A stretch of DNA of 63,634 nt, the filler included, from Octopus bimaculoides (taxonomy: Eukaryota): assembly GCF_001194135.2 (NCBI RefSeq). It is 4 parts of 4 records of this genome, joined end to end, with 100 filler letters (N's around TTAATTAATTAA, not from the genome) between each part and the next. Parts side by side here need not be neighbours in the genome. Positions count along the whole stretch, not along the records: positions 22,056 to 53,661 come from NC_068986.1; 3 more parts are not named here. One strand, 5' to 3'. Shown here in pieces: positions 24,289-37,403 of this stretch. The notes below the pieces were generated by a model. It made no database searches, had not been told where the DNA came from, and saw nothing but the letters and a program-made list of their open reading frames with translations. Positions within the stretch are counted from its first letter, which is position 1; every line of letters begins with the position of its first letter. Position numbers and translations under genes: made by a program.

Positions 24289-24909
24289 TATATTTATATA
24301 TGTATATATTATATTTATATATGTATATATTATATTTGTATATATATATTTATATATTATATTTGTATATACATATGTATATATTATATTTATATATATA
24401 TATATATGTATTATATATTTTTATTTATATATGTATGTATGTACATATGTATGTATGTACATATATCTATATATGTACATATATATTTGTGTGTTTGTGT
24501 CTATTTTGGTGTGTTTGCGTCATTGTAACTTAGCTGTTCAGACTGAGCACCATGCTAACACAGAATAAGCCCAGGCATCAGTTTCTTCGACTATAGGGTG
24601 GTTCTCAAGCATGGCCACCGTGAAATACTTGAAAGAAGTAAAAGAATAAACGAATACGAGAAAAACATTCCATTCCACCAAGCCAAGATGTATTTTAAGG
24701 CTAAATAACAATTCTGTTTACGTTTGCTTAACTGAGATGTTTTGGTTGGATTATATATTTATCGGTTTTACATTTCCTTCTATAATCTGTAACTGCCGCA
24801 ATATACTTTTCTTCTATAGGCACAAGTCCTGAAATTTTGTGTGGGACAGGGTGGCCAGTTGATTTTTTATATTTTCCATGAATTTTTCACAGCTCCAGCT
24901 AGTAAGTTA

Positions 24910-25400
24910 ATCATCATCATCATCATCATCATCATCATTTAACGTCCGCTTTCCATGCTAGCATGGGTTAGACGATTTGACTGAGGACTGGTGAAACCGG
25001 ATGGCAACACCAGGCTCCAATCTAATTTGGCAGAGTTTCTACAGCTGGATGCCCTTCCTAACGCCAACCACTCAGAGAGTGTAGTGGGTGCTTTTACGTG
25101 TCACCCGCACGAAAACGGCCACGCTCGAAATGGTGTCTTTTATGTGCCACCCGCACAAGCCAGTCCAGGGGCACTGGCAACGATCTCACTCGAAAATCCC
25201 ACGAAGGCCAGTCAGGCGGTACTGGCAACGGCCACGCTCAAAATGGTGCATCTCATGTGCCACCCGCACAAGAACCAGTCCAGGGGCACTGGCAACGATC
25301 TTACTTGGCTTGCCGGGTCTTCTCACGCACAGCACATTTCCAAAGGTCTCGGTCAGTAGTCATCGCCTCAGTGAGGCCCAACGTACGAAGGTCTTGCCTC
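24910..25400 (-). mobile_element. SINE with (GAT)n tail and internal tandem gtgccacccgcacaag repeats
   Basis: Tail identical to 24143; ggatgcccttcctaacgccaaccac core shared with 28073-28315. Confidence 0.75.
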
Positions 25401-25534
25401 AATTTCAAACTATTCTCAGAAAGTAGAATAGTCTGAAATTAATGTAACTTGTGAAGTGGAAAGAAAATATATGTGCCTTATGAAGCAAATACTATGACAT
25501 TAGACTAATAGTACTTCTTTCTCTGTTATTTCAG

Positions 25535-25644
25535 TGAGACTACAACCAAAGAAGTGATTGCAGCTTTGTTGAAGAAATTCAAGATTCTTGATAATCCTCG
25601 GAAGTTTGCTATGTATGAACAGGAATTCAAAAACAAAAAACTTG
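25535..25644 (+). CDS. RASSF1/3/5-like: C-terminal RASSF family protein, RA-domain exon (antepenultimate coding exon)
   Basis: tttcAG|...|GTtaga, 110 bp, phase 2 to phase 1. Encodes ETTTKEVIAALLKKFKILDNPRKFAMYEQEFKNKKL (cf. RASSF1 T.AREVIEALLRKFLVVDDPRKFALFE). Splices in frame to 30623. Confidence 0.9.
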
Positions 25645-26039
25645 GTTAGAATTTTTGAAAACTTTCTTTATTTCTTGTTTTAAAAGGAAAATGTAAAAAT
25701 ATTTAATACTTGACACATTTAGTGAAGTTTGGACTCATTTACTAAAGTTTGAAATAAATTGTAGTGATAATTGGAATTATGGGTGACTTAATTAATAGGT
25801 CATTAGAAATGAATGAAAGGATCAGTAATTTGTATTGTATCACTGCACTATGGTCATGGTTATAGCAATTTCACTTTCAGTGGAATAATTCACTTAACTG
25901 CAATTCACTACTTATAGTAGCTGCAGGTTTTAAAATTGAGTAGTGAGTTCAGCTCTTACAGCTTGAAGAGGGATAGGCTTCATCAATAGATATCATGCAG
26001 TAGAAATCTTTAATGTTATCAGTAAGATCTAATGAGTTA

Positions 26040-26960
26040 TTGTTCCCACTATTGTTCTTCAGACAATAAAAGGATTTGATCCACTAATTATTGAACTTGA
26101 TGAAAAATTTAAGAAAATTTGAAGAGATAACATAGAAGGAATAGAAGAAGATTGTAGGGAACTATGATTAAGTGCTACATGAAATACTAGATAACTGGTC
26201 TATGAGATTGTATGATAGTATGAAATCTGCCAGAATAGAAAATGGATGTTAAAAATCATAGCTATGGTAATCAAAAGAATTTAAATAGTTTATATTTTAA
26301 AATTGACAGTTTTAGTTAAAAAATACTGGCAAATACTGGCATTGCAATACATAATCACCATCATTGTGGTAGCATTTTCTATGGCTGGATGCTCTTTGTG
26401 TCATCAACCTCCACTTGTGTCCAAGTAGGGTAATAATCTCCCAGTCTATCAAACAACAAGCAGCTTGGACATGTTTACTCAGAGAACTAGACAAAAATGA
26501 CGTTGCATGAGTGAGCCTGCATGACATGTCCTGACATGTCAAGAAGTCTGGACATGCTTTCACTGTGGACTGCAAGCAAATTACACTGTCAGCAAAGTCA
26601 TTATTGACAACAATCAAATGAACACACATGAAGATGAGGGGAATACAAACTCACTCATGCAAACATGCAATACATGTTATCATCATCTTCATCATATATA
26701 TGTATATAAAACTGCAGCTGTATGGTTTGCTGGGATGTACTATGCTTTTGCTAATTATTTTAAGTACTTATGCAGTTGTAAGCCATCCCACCCTTGATCC
26801 AGCAGAACATCTAGAATGTGGCGGCTGGAGGGTACGAGGACTGCAGCGGTACACAGGTTGTAGTTATTTCAGCTGAGTAGACTTGAGCAATATGAGATGA
26901 AGTTCCTTGCTCAAAGATACTATGCCCTACCCAATTTAGGAATCAAACCCATGCCTGGGG
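26040..26960. repeat. Dispersed repeat of about 900 bp; uninterrupted homologue of 44570-45411 + 48462-48600
   Basis: Colinear similarity (ttcttcagacaataaaag...catgtcaagaagtctggacatgctttca...gtacacaggtt.tagt.atttcagctgagt); ends in an antisense SINE head. Confidence 0.8.
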
Positions 26961-27829
26961 CATTTGACACCCCACCCCCCACACACCAAAGTTATGCTAC
27001 CGCTCCCTCTCCCCACTCCTGCAGCCCAATCTTGTCCTCACTGTATCATTGCTTATCCTGTTGTTTCCCTTGTATATACCCAGCTTTCACTAGTGACTGC
27101 ATCCCCCCTTCCCTCCCTCTTTGCATTCATATGAACTCCGTACTCATGCACCCTTGGTAATGCTCTACCATCCCATTTGTATTCTAACCCCCCATAACTT
27201 GAGAATATGCCACCATATATCTCACTGTCTCTCACTTGCTCTCTCTGACTCACTTTTGCTTCCACTCTCTCTCTCTCTCTCTCTCTCTCCCTCCCCCTCT
27301 AACTGGAGTTACCATGTATCTCCTCTACAGTGAGACCCCGGTCTTTGTCCTATCATATTCTAACCTCTCACCACCTAGCAAAGCCACCTTCTCCAATGCC
27401 CCCACCCCTCAAAGGATCTTTGACAATTCATCAGTGCTAGCACCACATGAAAAGCACCTAGTCCACTCTGTAAACTGGTTGGCATTAAAGAAGGGTATCC
27501 AACCATGAAAAGCATGCCAAAACAGACCTCACAAGTGCTGGTGCCACATAAAAAGCACCCACTTCACTCTGTAATCTGATCGGTATTAGGAAGGGTATCC
27601 AGCCATAAAAACCATGCCAAGACAGTGGAACTTGATGCCGTCCTCTGGTTTGCCAGCTTCTGCAAAATTTTCCAGCCCATGCCAGCATGGAATACAGATG
27701 TTAGATGATGGTGATGATACACACGCGTGCGCACGCGCACACACACACACACACACACACACATCTGTATACATATGTATATCCCTCTATACGTATATAT
27801 ATATATAAGCATATGTGTATGTGGTGTAT

Positions 27830-28315
27830 TCTTTTACTTGTTGCAAGTCATTTGACTGTGGCTATGGTGGAACACCACCTTGAGTGTGATGGGAGGGGAC
27901 ATGGACACACAAGCATACAACAGATTTCTTTCAGTTTCCATCGACCAAATTCATTCACAAGGCTTTGGTTGGCCCAAGACTATAATAGAAAACACTTGCC
28001 CAAGTGCCATATTGCGGGACTGAACCCAGAACCATGTGGTTGGTTCTTACCACACAGCCATGCCTGTGTGTAACACCATTTTGAGCGTGGTCATTGCCAG
28101 TACCGTGTGACTGGCCCTTGTGCCAGTGGCACGTAAAAGCACCCACTACACTCTCGGAGTGGTTGACATTGACATTAGGAAGGGCATCCAGCTGTAGAAA
28201 CTCTGCTAGATCAGATTGGAGCCTGGTGCAGCCTTCTGGCTTGCCAGTGCTCAGTCAAATTGTACAACCCATGCTAGCATAGAAAGCGGACGTCAAACGA
28301 TGATGATGATGATGA
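27830..28315. mobile_element. Cluster of SINE copies (antisense 27830-28070, sense 28073-28315 with (GAT)n tail)
   Basis: Shared motifs ttcagtttcc.tc.accaaattc.ctcacaaggcttt and aggaagggcatccagctgtagaaac. Confidence 0.75.
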
Positions 28316-29964
28316 TATATATATATATATTATATGTCTGTGTGTGTGTGTATACAGTAATAAATAATAAGGGAACAGGAGTTCCTTAATGAACTTTATT
28401 AGCTTACTGCTGTTTCTTCTGTATGACACAGTGCACTCAGAGTTGAATGCTTATGTATCATTTTATAGCAGAAACAGCTATAAGTTAATGAAGTTGATCA
28501 AGTAATTCTGTTCCCTTGTTGCTTATTGAATTACGTATTATGATGTGTATTCTAACACTTTATTCTGAAACATTTATATGTAGTTCTAACACTGGGTCAT
28601 TAGTATCACTAGCAAAATATTATAGTGTGTGTATTTGTGTACTTATATATTGAAAAGATTTTGCTTAAAATACTTCATGCAGTAACAATATTTAAAGTAA
28701 GATATTCTTAAGTTATTAACTATTCAAAAATATTTCTTTTGTACACACAGAATAACTCTAACCTCTTGGAAAGAAGTTTTCGTATTATGTACTTTCATTA
28801 ATATTTCACATGTATTTTGTGTGTTAATCTGTCTAGAAGAAGTTGCTTTTAGCAACAGTGTGGACTATGTCTGCTTTATTTTCAGATTTAGCATTCTTAT
28901 AATGTTCTACTTTTGTCTTTCATTGTTGATCATGTTCTTCTTTTATTTTGAGAAAAATAAAATATTTTGAATTTTCCGTTTGTACAAATCTGTAGATGCT
29001 CGCTAAATGGAACATTTCTAAAAGATGAATCTTTAATTTGCTGCATGTGCACTTTCACATGACTGTTTAATTTTGATTGTTTCTCCTATGTAATTCTCAT
29101 TTCCCACATTTCCTAAATCTGAAACTAAACCTGAAATAGTCAACACCATTACTAAGAACAACTTCCTCTATACAGATTAGCCCATAACATGTGTTTGAAA
29201 AGTTGAACAACAAAAGCACTTGCATTCAATACGAAGACTTTCCAAAATGTTTGTATGATGTTGTTTTTCAAAAAAGTTGTTTTAAATAGTTAATAACTTT
29301 TTATGGAAAACTTTCTTTAAATGTGTGTGTGTGTTTGTTTATAACTGTATTTCGCTGAATATTCTGAGCTACAAGCTGTGAAGTGTGACTAAGAGATCTG
29401 TTACTTAGAAAACAAGTAAGGGTTATTAACAGGTAGGGCATCAGGTTGTAAAACAGTTCTTCAATAATATATTTGTCTAACCCATGCTACCATGAAAAAT
29501 CAGAATTAAATGTACGCACACATATATATTTCTTCATCATCATGTCCACTTTTCCATCCTTTCATGGGTTAAATGGAATTTATTGATTTTTTTTCTATTC
29601 TTGGATGCTCTTCCCTTTTTTATACCCTCACCTGTTTACAAACAAGTTAATAATTCCATAGTTTATTAAATAATGAACAACTCAGTCATAGTTACATTGT
29701 GAACTGGAAGCAAATGACATCACTTAAATGAGCTTTTTCTTTACAAAGACAAAACAACATGATTTTAGAGGTTATGAAATTGAGTTACCCATTGTTTTTC
29801 CAAGAACATTAGCAGTATAAACTAGCAACAAGAAATTGAATGCATCATACATTAATTAATAGCCTCATTTTGAAAATTTATTTTATTATTAACCATATTA
29901 ATACAAATCTATCTGAAACTACTTTGGGTTTTATGATATAAGAGTACTATTTTAAATACCTTTT

Positions 29965-30310
29965 ATCTTGTTTCAGTCATTAAACTGGGGCCATACTGGG
30001 GCCATACTGGGGCACTGATTTGAGAAATTTTTGTCAAACTAATTGACCCCAATACTTATTTTCTTTTTTTTTTTCTTAAGCCTGGTACTTATTCTATTGG
30101 TCTCTTTTGCAAAACCGCTAAGATACAAGATGTAAACACACCAACACTGTTTGTCAAGCGGTGGTTGGGTACAAACACACGACAGGCTTCTTTCAGTTTC
30201 CGTCTATTAAATCCACTCACAAGGCTTTGGTTGACCCGAGGCTATAGTAGGAGACATTTGTCCAAGGTGCCACATAGTGTGAGTGAACCCAGAACCATGC
30301 GGTTTGGAAG
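29965..30310 (-). mobile_element. tRNA-derived SINE (antisense)
   Basis: Same family as 55330-55700 and 60900-61060 (tttcagtttccgtcta..aaatccactcacaaggcttt...gaacccagaaccatg). Confidence 0.8.
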
Positions 30311-30622
30311 CACCTGCATAGTTCGTAATTCTTTTTATAAGTTCCAAACACCAACTTAATAACAATTATTTTATTAAATCCTTCCCAATTTTTTATTATT
30401 TCAAAATTGATTGAAATACACAGGATATATAGTTATGAAAATGTTCTAGAATATTGAGTGTGAATATGAATTACACTTATAGATTTGATCCTTAGTTGGA
30501 AATTTCTAAATTGAATGATGTACTTCCATCCTTGGTTTTTAAATCAATGTTTTCAAGATTTCATGCTGGTTCTCTTTTCACTTTACTTTGATGGATGAAC
30601 CAATTCTAACTTATAATTTCAG

Positions 30623-30744
30623 TAAAACTGCGGCGAGTTATGCCAGAAGAATTTCCTCTTCAGGTTTGTCTAGGCTGGGAAACAAATAAACTGGATTGTT
30701 ATCGCTTAGTTCTTCAAGAGAATGAAGCTTCAGGGGATATTGAA
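30623..30744 (+). CDS. RASSF1/3/5-like: RASSF penultimate coding exon (end of the RA domain)
   Basis: tttcAG|...|GTAAGT, 122 bp, phase 1 to phase 0. Encodes (V)KLRRVMPEEFPLQVCLGWETNKLDCYRLVLQENEASGDIE (cf. LRKL..E.PL..L...FVLKEN..GEV). Confidence 0.9.
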
Positions 30745-31249
30745 GTAAGTTTTCCATTTTTAGATATTGTATAGTAAAATTCTTCGGTTATTCTTGTTTA
30801 TATTTAGTTTTTTTTAAAGTTCTGCTTGTTTCATGAGCAAAGGAAATTTCTCAGCTGGAAATTTCCAAATTGAATGATGTACTTCCAACACTGACGTTTT
30901 CATTTTTATGCATCATGAAAAGCAACTGAAAGCAAAAGGAATATTTTATATTCCTTTATTCACCAATCTAAAGGCTTTTTATCATTTAGTTTTACAAATG
31001 AAAGTAATTTTTTTGAAGAATTTGTTGTATATGTTCCTTAATTTTTTTTCATATTAATTCTGAAGATGTGTGGGAGTATAATTGGTTTAATTCAACCTTG
31101 TAAGTTATTACAAAAATCTTCACAAATTAGAATAATTTATTTTGTCATGAGGAAGTTGATTTCAAGCAGAATCTTCATCAGAGAGAGATAAAATGTTCAT
31201 AAGTGGTGCTAGATTGGGAAGAGTGAGATTGAGAAGACATTAACAGTGA

Positions 31250-31495
31250 AATATATGGTCATTACATCAGTGATTATATTAGCACCATTACACTCTCTTG
31301 GGACAAACTCTCTGCCTTCATCTATTACATCAACATTTTCTTCCTATCTTTGGAATTTACCTCTACCATCACAAACACTTCTGTCATCTTCCTTGATGTC
31401 TTTTATTGAGAGTCCTGACATTTTCACTTTTGTGCATCAGAAACCTAATGACACCCATTCCTACTCCAACTGTTCTTCCTCTCACCCTACACACT
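31250..31495 (+). pseudogene. Penelope-like (Poseidon/Neptune-type) RT fragment
   Basis: Frame reads YGHYISDY...FIYYIN..SLEFT..SVIFLDV then FVHQKPNDTHSYSNCSSSHP (cf. RYIDD...FT....FLD...KPT.SH.YL...S.HP). Confidence 0.65.
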
Positions 31496-32308
31496 CTGTA
31501 GTTGTTTTAGAGAGAGGATTTATTCATTAAAATTTAATAAATGAAACAGTGAAATTTTTTTAAAAATGTTTTAAACCCTTTTGTTACTGACCTGGCCACA
31601 GCCACCCTAACAAAATTTTGGTTGATATTACCAAACCACCCAAAACCAGCTGAAATGATCTATTCATATTTTAATAGGAATTTCAGTGCAAATTTCATTA
31701 GTACATTCATGCAAACATTTGGCTTCATTATGTAAACAATTGATTTACACTATCTGCTATTATTATACATGATATCTGAGTGTTGTGAATGTTTGGAGAT
31801 TTTTTCCATTTTTTTCCCATTTCGACTTTTCTGAAATGTTTCACTATGGATATGCACAATTCTTCTATTAAAATTTTGTTGTATACTCATTGAATATTAG
31901 CTAATAACTCATTTTCTATGTTCTAGGTGAATTCGTCTACAATTTATGTGTGTGTGGTTTGTGTGTGTGTGTGTAGTTGTAGATGAATTGTTGTAGATAA
32001 ATTTGCCCGATACCAATTTTCTATGCCGATGATTAAACAAAATTTAAATAACTTTATATTTTGCTGAATTTACTTGTAATTAGATTCACTTTGAGACTAA
32101 AATTATGAAATGGATTTAGTTAAGAAGCTTTTGTCAAACTGTGTTCCAAAAATCACATTAATATGTTGATAAATAAAAAAGATTTGTTTTATGAAACCAG
32201 TCCCAATTCACTATTATTTTATAATTTAATTGAAACGCATTTTAGTTCAAAATATAGTAATGAAAGAGTTAATTGTTATGAATTTGCAATTGTGATAAAA
32301 AAAATATA

Positions 32309-34762
32309 CAGGATACATAAGATATTTGAAGACAGATTTATGGTTATAAAAAAAAAAACATATATAATAAACCTCCTTTTCTATAATGTTATTCAATAAA
32401 GCCACCTTCAGCTTCTATATGAAATCTAAATCATCTACATAGACATAAAAGAAGTAAATAGACATCCTTATAATCATTAAAATTTATTTAATCTGAAATT
32501 ATACATTCAAATTATTTGTTAGTTGTTATAATGTGAACATTTAATATTTATTAGACATGCTCTTTGCATTTTTCAATGAAAGGGCCCAATTAGGCATGTT
32601 ACTGATCAGATGGTGAATATTCTCTTGCGGAATTTCTTGCTAAGTTTCATGCAATAATCTCAAAAGATCTGGCTTTGAAGATGCTGTCTTGTTCTGTTTA
32701 TGAAACGTCCTGTCTATTACGCCCCAGAAGTGTTCTGTAGGGTTCATATCTGGTGACTGGCTTGGCTGTGGAAGCTTTCTAATGCCATTCTTTTCCAACA
32801 AATCTTGGGTCATTTTAACTGTGTGACAAGGAATCCCATCTTCCATAAATAGAGAGTCTTCTTTAATCATTTTCATCACTGGAGAAGTTTGGAAGGAGTC
32901 CTTTCTGCAATATGGACACATATTTATTTGAGTTTATCTTTCCCTCACACTCCACCAGCTCTGATCAACCATTGCTCCAAATTGTTCCCAAGACCATCAC
33001 AGAATAGCTGCTGTGTTTGCTGTGTTTCATTGTTAGTTGCAATCTTTTCACATCAAACTCTTGATCACAGTCTCCAGACCCACACTCGACCACTGTTAGG
33101 AAATACAGCAAATCTGGACTCATCAGAGAATATGACAGTATCCCAAAATGCTGCTGGCCTCTACACCATCTCATTGGCCCAATCTTTTCTCTGCTTCATA
33201 TTGGCTGGTCAAAGATGTGGCTTCCTTCTTCCTGCTCTGCCATAATAATCAATTTTGTGGAGATACTTGACAGCTGTTCTGGGACTGACATCAACTTGCT
33301 CTGCTATGTCAGAGGTCTTGCAACAAGGATTATCCTCTACATTTCTCTTAGCAAAGAGAAGGGTCCTGTCAGAGGGCCCTGGTTGATCTGAACAAGGTGA
33401 TGTAGACTCCTTCCCCTCTCTGGTGAATTGCACAATCACTCTATTAACTGTAGAAAGTGGGATCCCAAGGTTTTCTGCAATTTTACGCTGGCTATATCCA
33501 CNNNNNNNNNNACTCTATTAACTGTAGAAAGTGGGATCCCAAGGTTTTCTGCAATTTTACGCTGGCTATATCCACCTTCAGAATGACCCACAATACGGCC
33601 TCTTTGAAATTCAGACAGTTGCAATGCTTCTTTTGTACATGGCCTGATTAAACAGTCACATATAAAATCTGAAACATAAAAATGTCAATTAATTAATAAG
33701 AAATATAAACCTTTACAAGTTAGAATAAACAGAAAATGATGTTTTATGGGGTGTCTATTTACTTCTAAAGTATGTGTACATGCTTGAATCAGGTGATCCT
33801 GGTTCATTTTGGACATTGCTCTGACTATGGCAGCTTTCAAAGAATCTTTGGTGTTATGGGCATGTTCATTGACATCTCTTTCAACAACACTCCACATGTA
33901 ATAGTCCAATGGATTGAGATCTGGGGAATTAGGAGGCCAAATGTTAGGGGTTATGTGATCATGAAAATTTTCAGCCATCCATTCCTGTGTCAAAGTGCAG
34001 AATCTTACTGAAACACATATGGCCTTCCATTGCATACACTATCTATCCAGGGCTTAGCAATTATTTCCAAGACCTCATTGTAGGCGGCAGAGTTAACTCT
34101 AAGGCCTTGTGAAAAGAAGTAAGGAGGCATCGAATCCTTCATTGCTGACAACCCCTAAAACCATGACAGTTGCAAGAAATTTTGTATGCATAACACTTGG
34201 AACTTTAGAAGGGTCTGCACATAACCATCTGTCATTTCTTCTGTTAACTTTTTGATCTTGGTCGAAGTTTTTCTTCAGTTTGTTTAAGAGCCTTTTAGAT
34301 CTAATGTAGTGATTTTCTTTTGTTTTTTCTGACAAATTGATCTTTCCTCATATAAGACATATCTGATATCTTTGTAGACAACATTTCTGACTGTTCCTTC
34401 TGATACTTGGAGAGCTTTTGCAATTGACTTCATTGACGTTCTGGGATTGTAACCAATGATCTGTTGAACTTGCTGGATAAATTCAGGTGTTCTGATGATT
34501 TCAGAGCATTTAGAATGCTTTTCATGCATTGATACTGGTGATACATTTCCATCTTCAGTCTCTAGCTCCTTACAAACTTTGTAGGCAAAAGATCTGGCAA
34601 CTTTTAAAAATTGAGATATTTGTAAATTGCTATACCTCTTCATTTCTTGAGTAAGCTGAGGATCTGCCATTATTGTTTTCTGAAACAAAGATTATACAGA
34701 GTTAGCAAAAAATGCAGCAATGACCCAAAAAAGGTATATCCTCAAAAACCTTATGCACCTTG
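32309..34762 (-). mobile_element. maT/DD37D-like Tc1/mariner element interrupted by a Tc1 insertion
   Basis: TIRs (ta)caggatacataagatatttgaagac and reverse-complement (ta)caaggtgcataaggtttttgaggat. Fragments NRRNDRW, VMVLGVVS.EG, WPPNSPDLNPLDY. Removing the insert restores ACR*FRFHIEAEGGFIE*. Confidence 0.85.
32438..33776 (-). mobile_element. Tc1-like element nested in the maT element (same family as 9019-10281)
   Basis: TIRs ca.aga/tac....gaagtaaatagaca.cc flanked by TA at 32436-37 and 33777-78. Fragments [40 protein letters not shown]. Confidence 0.88.
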
Positions 34763-35399
34763 TATATTGAAACAGATTAAGAATGTTGTTACTTCTTGAA
34801 CTCCAGTATCTTCTGAAAATTCGGGTTAATATTGAATAATTGAAGTTGTAAATCTGAAAACTCTTTATTCATATCCATATGTCACTAATTTTGTAAAGAA
34901 AGGGCATTAGAAACTTCTTTGTCATCAATATTAACTTAAGCCAAATGACCAAAATTAATATCATATTTACATTTTATCACAGATATCTTCACAGAATCAG
35001 AATTGGATTTTTTGTGGTTGGGGGATTAATCAAACTAGAAGTTGATGCTTGTATGAGTTCTGTGTCTTGTATAGATACTGTAATTTCACTAGTTTCTGTA
35101 TTAGTAGCAATTCCAGCCAACCCATATTTTATCCATTGATTTATTGTAGAATACAATTTCTTGAATTCTTTATTCTTTTCATTGGGGAAAAGTGTATTAA
35201 AATGTTTTAAAATGTTTACCTGAGTTATAACAATATACACTGCAATACATCCAAGAAACCAATTCTGTTAGCATTCCTCTTGATTATCTCCTCTCTTTGA
35301 TCATTGCCATTTTGCTAACACTTATGTCTCCTTGTTATCTCTTCCTCTTATTCTTCACTACCTTCACTTGCACATGCACATTTGTTTGATACATGGCAC

Positions 35400-36110
35400 T
35401 TCAAAGTATTTCAACTGGAGCTTGTGATGAGACAGGTTATATTTTGTGTGTTTGAAATCTCTCTGAAAATGGAGAATCAAAACGAACGTAATCAATGCCT
35501 CATGCTTTTTAAAAAAGGCAAGAAAGTAGAAGAAACCTGCAAGAAGATATGCTCTGTGTATGGAGAGGATGTTGTTATGGAATGTATATTCCAGGAGTAG
35601 TTTTTCAAGATTTTGAGTGGAAATTTTTTTGGTTTAAGAGGTACCTTGCTCTTGCTCATCAGCTGAGATCAGCAGCAACACCAATCAAGGTGATCACAGA
35701 TATTCTGCAAATATCCAAGTCTAGTATTGCAAACCACCTGCATCAACTTGGTTACATCAGCAGGCTCAGTGTTTGGATCCCATGTCATTTCAATGAGGTT
35801 AACTGCATCCAAAGATTTCCATTTGTGGTTTGAAACATGAAGAAAATTATCCTTTTTTGAAGAGAATGGTGATAGGAAATGAAAAACAGATTATCTGTCA
35901 CAATGTGAAGTACAATCAGTCATGGAGGAAAGTAAGGCAAATGACAACAAACAACTTCCAAAGCAGGACTTCACCTGATGAAGATTATGCTTTCAATTTG
36001 GTGGGATTGTAAGGGTGTTATCTTTGACAAGCTCCTCTTTAGACAGGACCATAAATTCAGATATGTACTGTGACCAACTGGACAGATTAAATGCAGCAAT
36101 CCACCAGATA
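35400..36110 (+). mobile_element. Truncated degenerate mariner transposase
   Basis: HTH (EETCKKICSVYGED), WIPCHFNE, FLKRMVIGNEKQI, KIMLSIWWDCKGVI, TINSDMYCDQLDRL. Confidence 0.8.
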
Positions 36111-37232
36111 ATTGAGTTGGTATTGAAAACCTCTGATTTCTTATAAGTCACTGTCAATGTTTAGACAACTCTTAGTTTGGTGTTTCCAACACATTTTCCA
36201 TAGGTATATGAAAGCAAGTTTTATGCCTAGTGGTTCCAAAAGTATATGCGCTCTCCTTGTTAGGAGTACATTAAAATTGTCAAACAAACATTATTAATGG
36301 AGGTATTCTTAAAGAGGTGTGTGTGGGGTGTATTTTTGTTCATTTTTATCCACTCTCAATGGTAAGGAATATTACTTAGTAAGGAGCATTGGGGATGAGG
36401 AATTGAGGCAAAAGGCTGATAGACCAACAGGTTAATGATTCAGGATTTAGAGGTTCAGAGGATGAACCATCTTGAATCTGATAGGTAAAGTAGAGTGAGA
36501 TTGCTATAGTTACTGTAGAATTTTAAAATTTGGTTAGTATGTTATTAGGAATTAAAAAGAAAAACCTTTTTTAGTGGATGTTGATTCTTGAAACAAAGGT
36601 TGTGGGTAGTCCTTGGAGCAGAAGAATTAGAACTTTCCTTCAATTGATGGATAGTTCTTTTTTCTCTTGAAGTTGAAGTGAAAATGAGAATTGTTGAAAA
36701 TGAAACCTTGACATAAGTAAAATGAACTAGCTACAATCAGTGCAAAGTGATACTAAGTCACTGTGTTGGAATGCCAGTGCAATATATTGTGATGATTTCT
36801 GGATTCAGTTCCTACTTTCCTTCTAAGTTTATCTGCATAGAATAAATGGTAATATGAGTTCCTATAAATGGAGTGAAAACTAAATCTTTATTTTCTATGA
36901 GATATTTTAGAGAGAGAAAACGTGTTTTATGAAGTTTCACAATACAATCAGATTATAACAAAAGAAGATATTTACTATACAATGACCATAATATTGTTTA
37001 GTTTCTGAATTGGGTAAAGGTAAATTTAGTATATCAGTAAGTGGAGATGATATTTCATTTTCCACCTGGTTAGATTATGATATATATTAAGTGGTTTTGC
37101 AAAATATTTTACAGCAACCCTGCTTCTTTGTACATACATACACCTGAAAATTACAAATCCCTGTGCTAGAGATTTTGTTTTTTCTATCAATTTTCTTTTG
37201 GCTTAAATATTTTCTATTTTATCTTTTTCCAG

Positions 37233-37403
37233 TGGTCAAACTTCAGTAATCCAGAACTAAATAATTTTGTGAAAGTATTGGACCGGGAAGAATCTGAACA
37301 TATTCATCAACTCCAATATAAATATCATATGATGAAGAAAGCAGTTGAGCGACGAATGAAAGAGCTTCGTGCTGCTGAACAAGAAGCCAAACACAGTAAA
37401 TAG
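37233..37403 (+). CDS. RASSF1/3/5-like: RASSF terminal coding exon, SARAH domain
   Basis: ttttccAG| WSNFSNPELNNFVKVLDREESEHIHQLQYKYHMMKKAVERRMKELRAAEQEAKHSK*, phase 0 (cf. WDAFS.PEL.NFL.IL.REE..H..Q...KY). Confidence 0.92.
   Translation, partial: WSNFSNPELNNFVKVLDREESEHIHQLQYKYHMMKKAVERRMKELRAAEQEAKHSK

Noticed and set aside
25088-25436. CRISPR-like or repeat-protein ORFs from gtgccacccgcacaag...ggcactggcaacg repeats
   Set aside because: Internal tandem repeats of a SINE, without unique spacers.
1-25500. Upstream RASSF coding exons
   Set aside because: No convincing exon with matching phase and RASSF-like sequence was found by eye; probably outside the window or in a gap.
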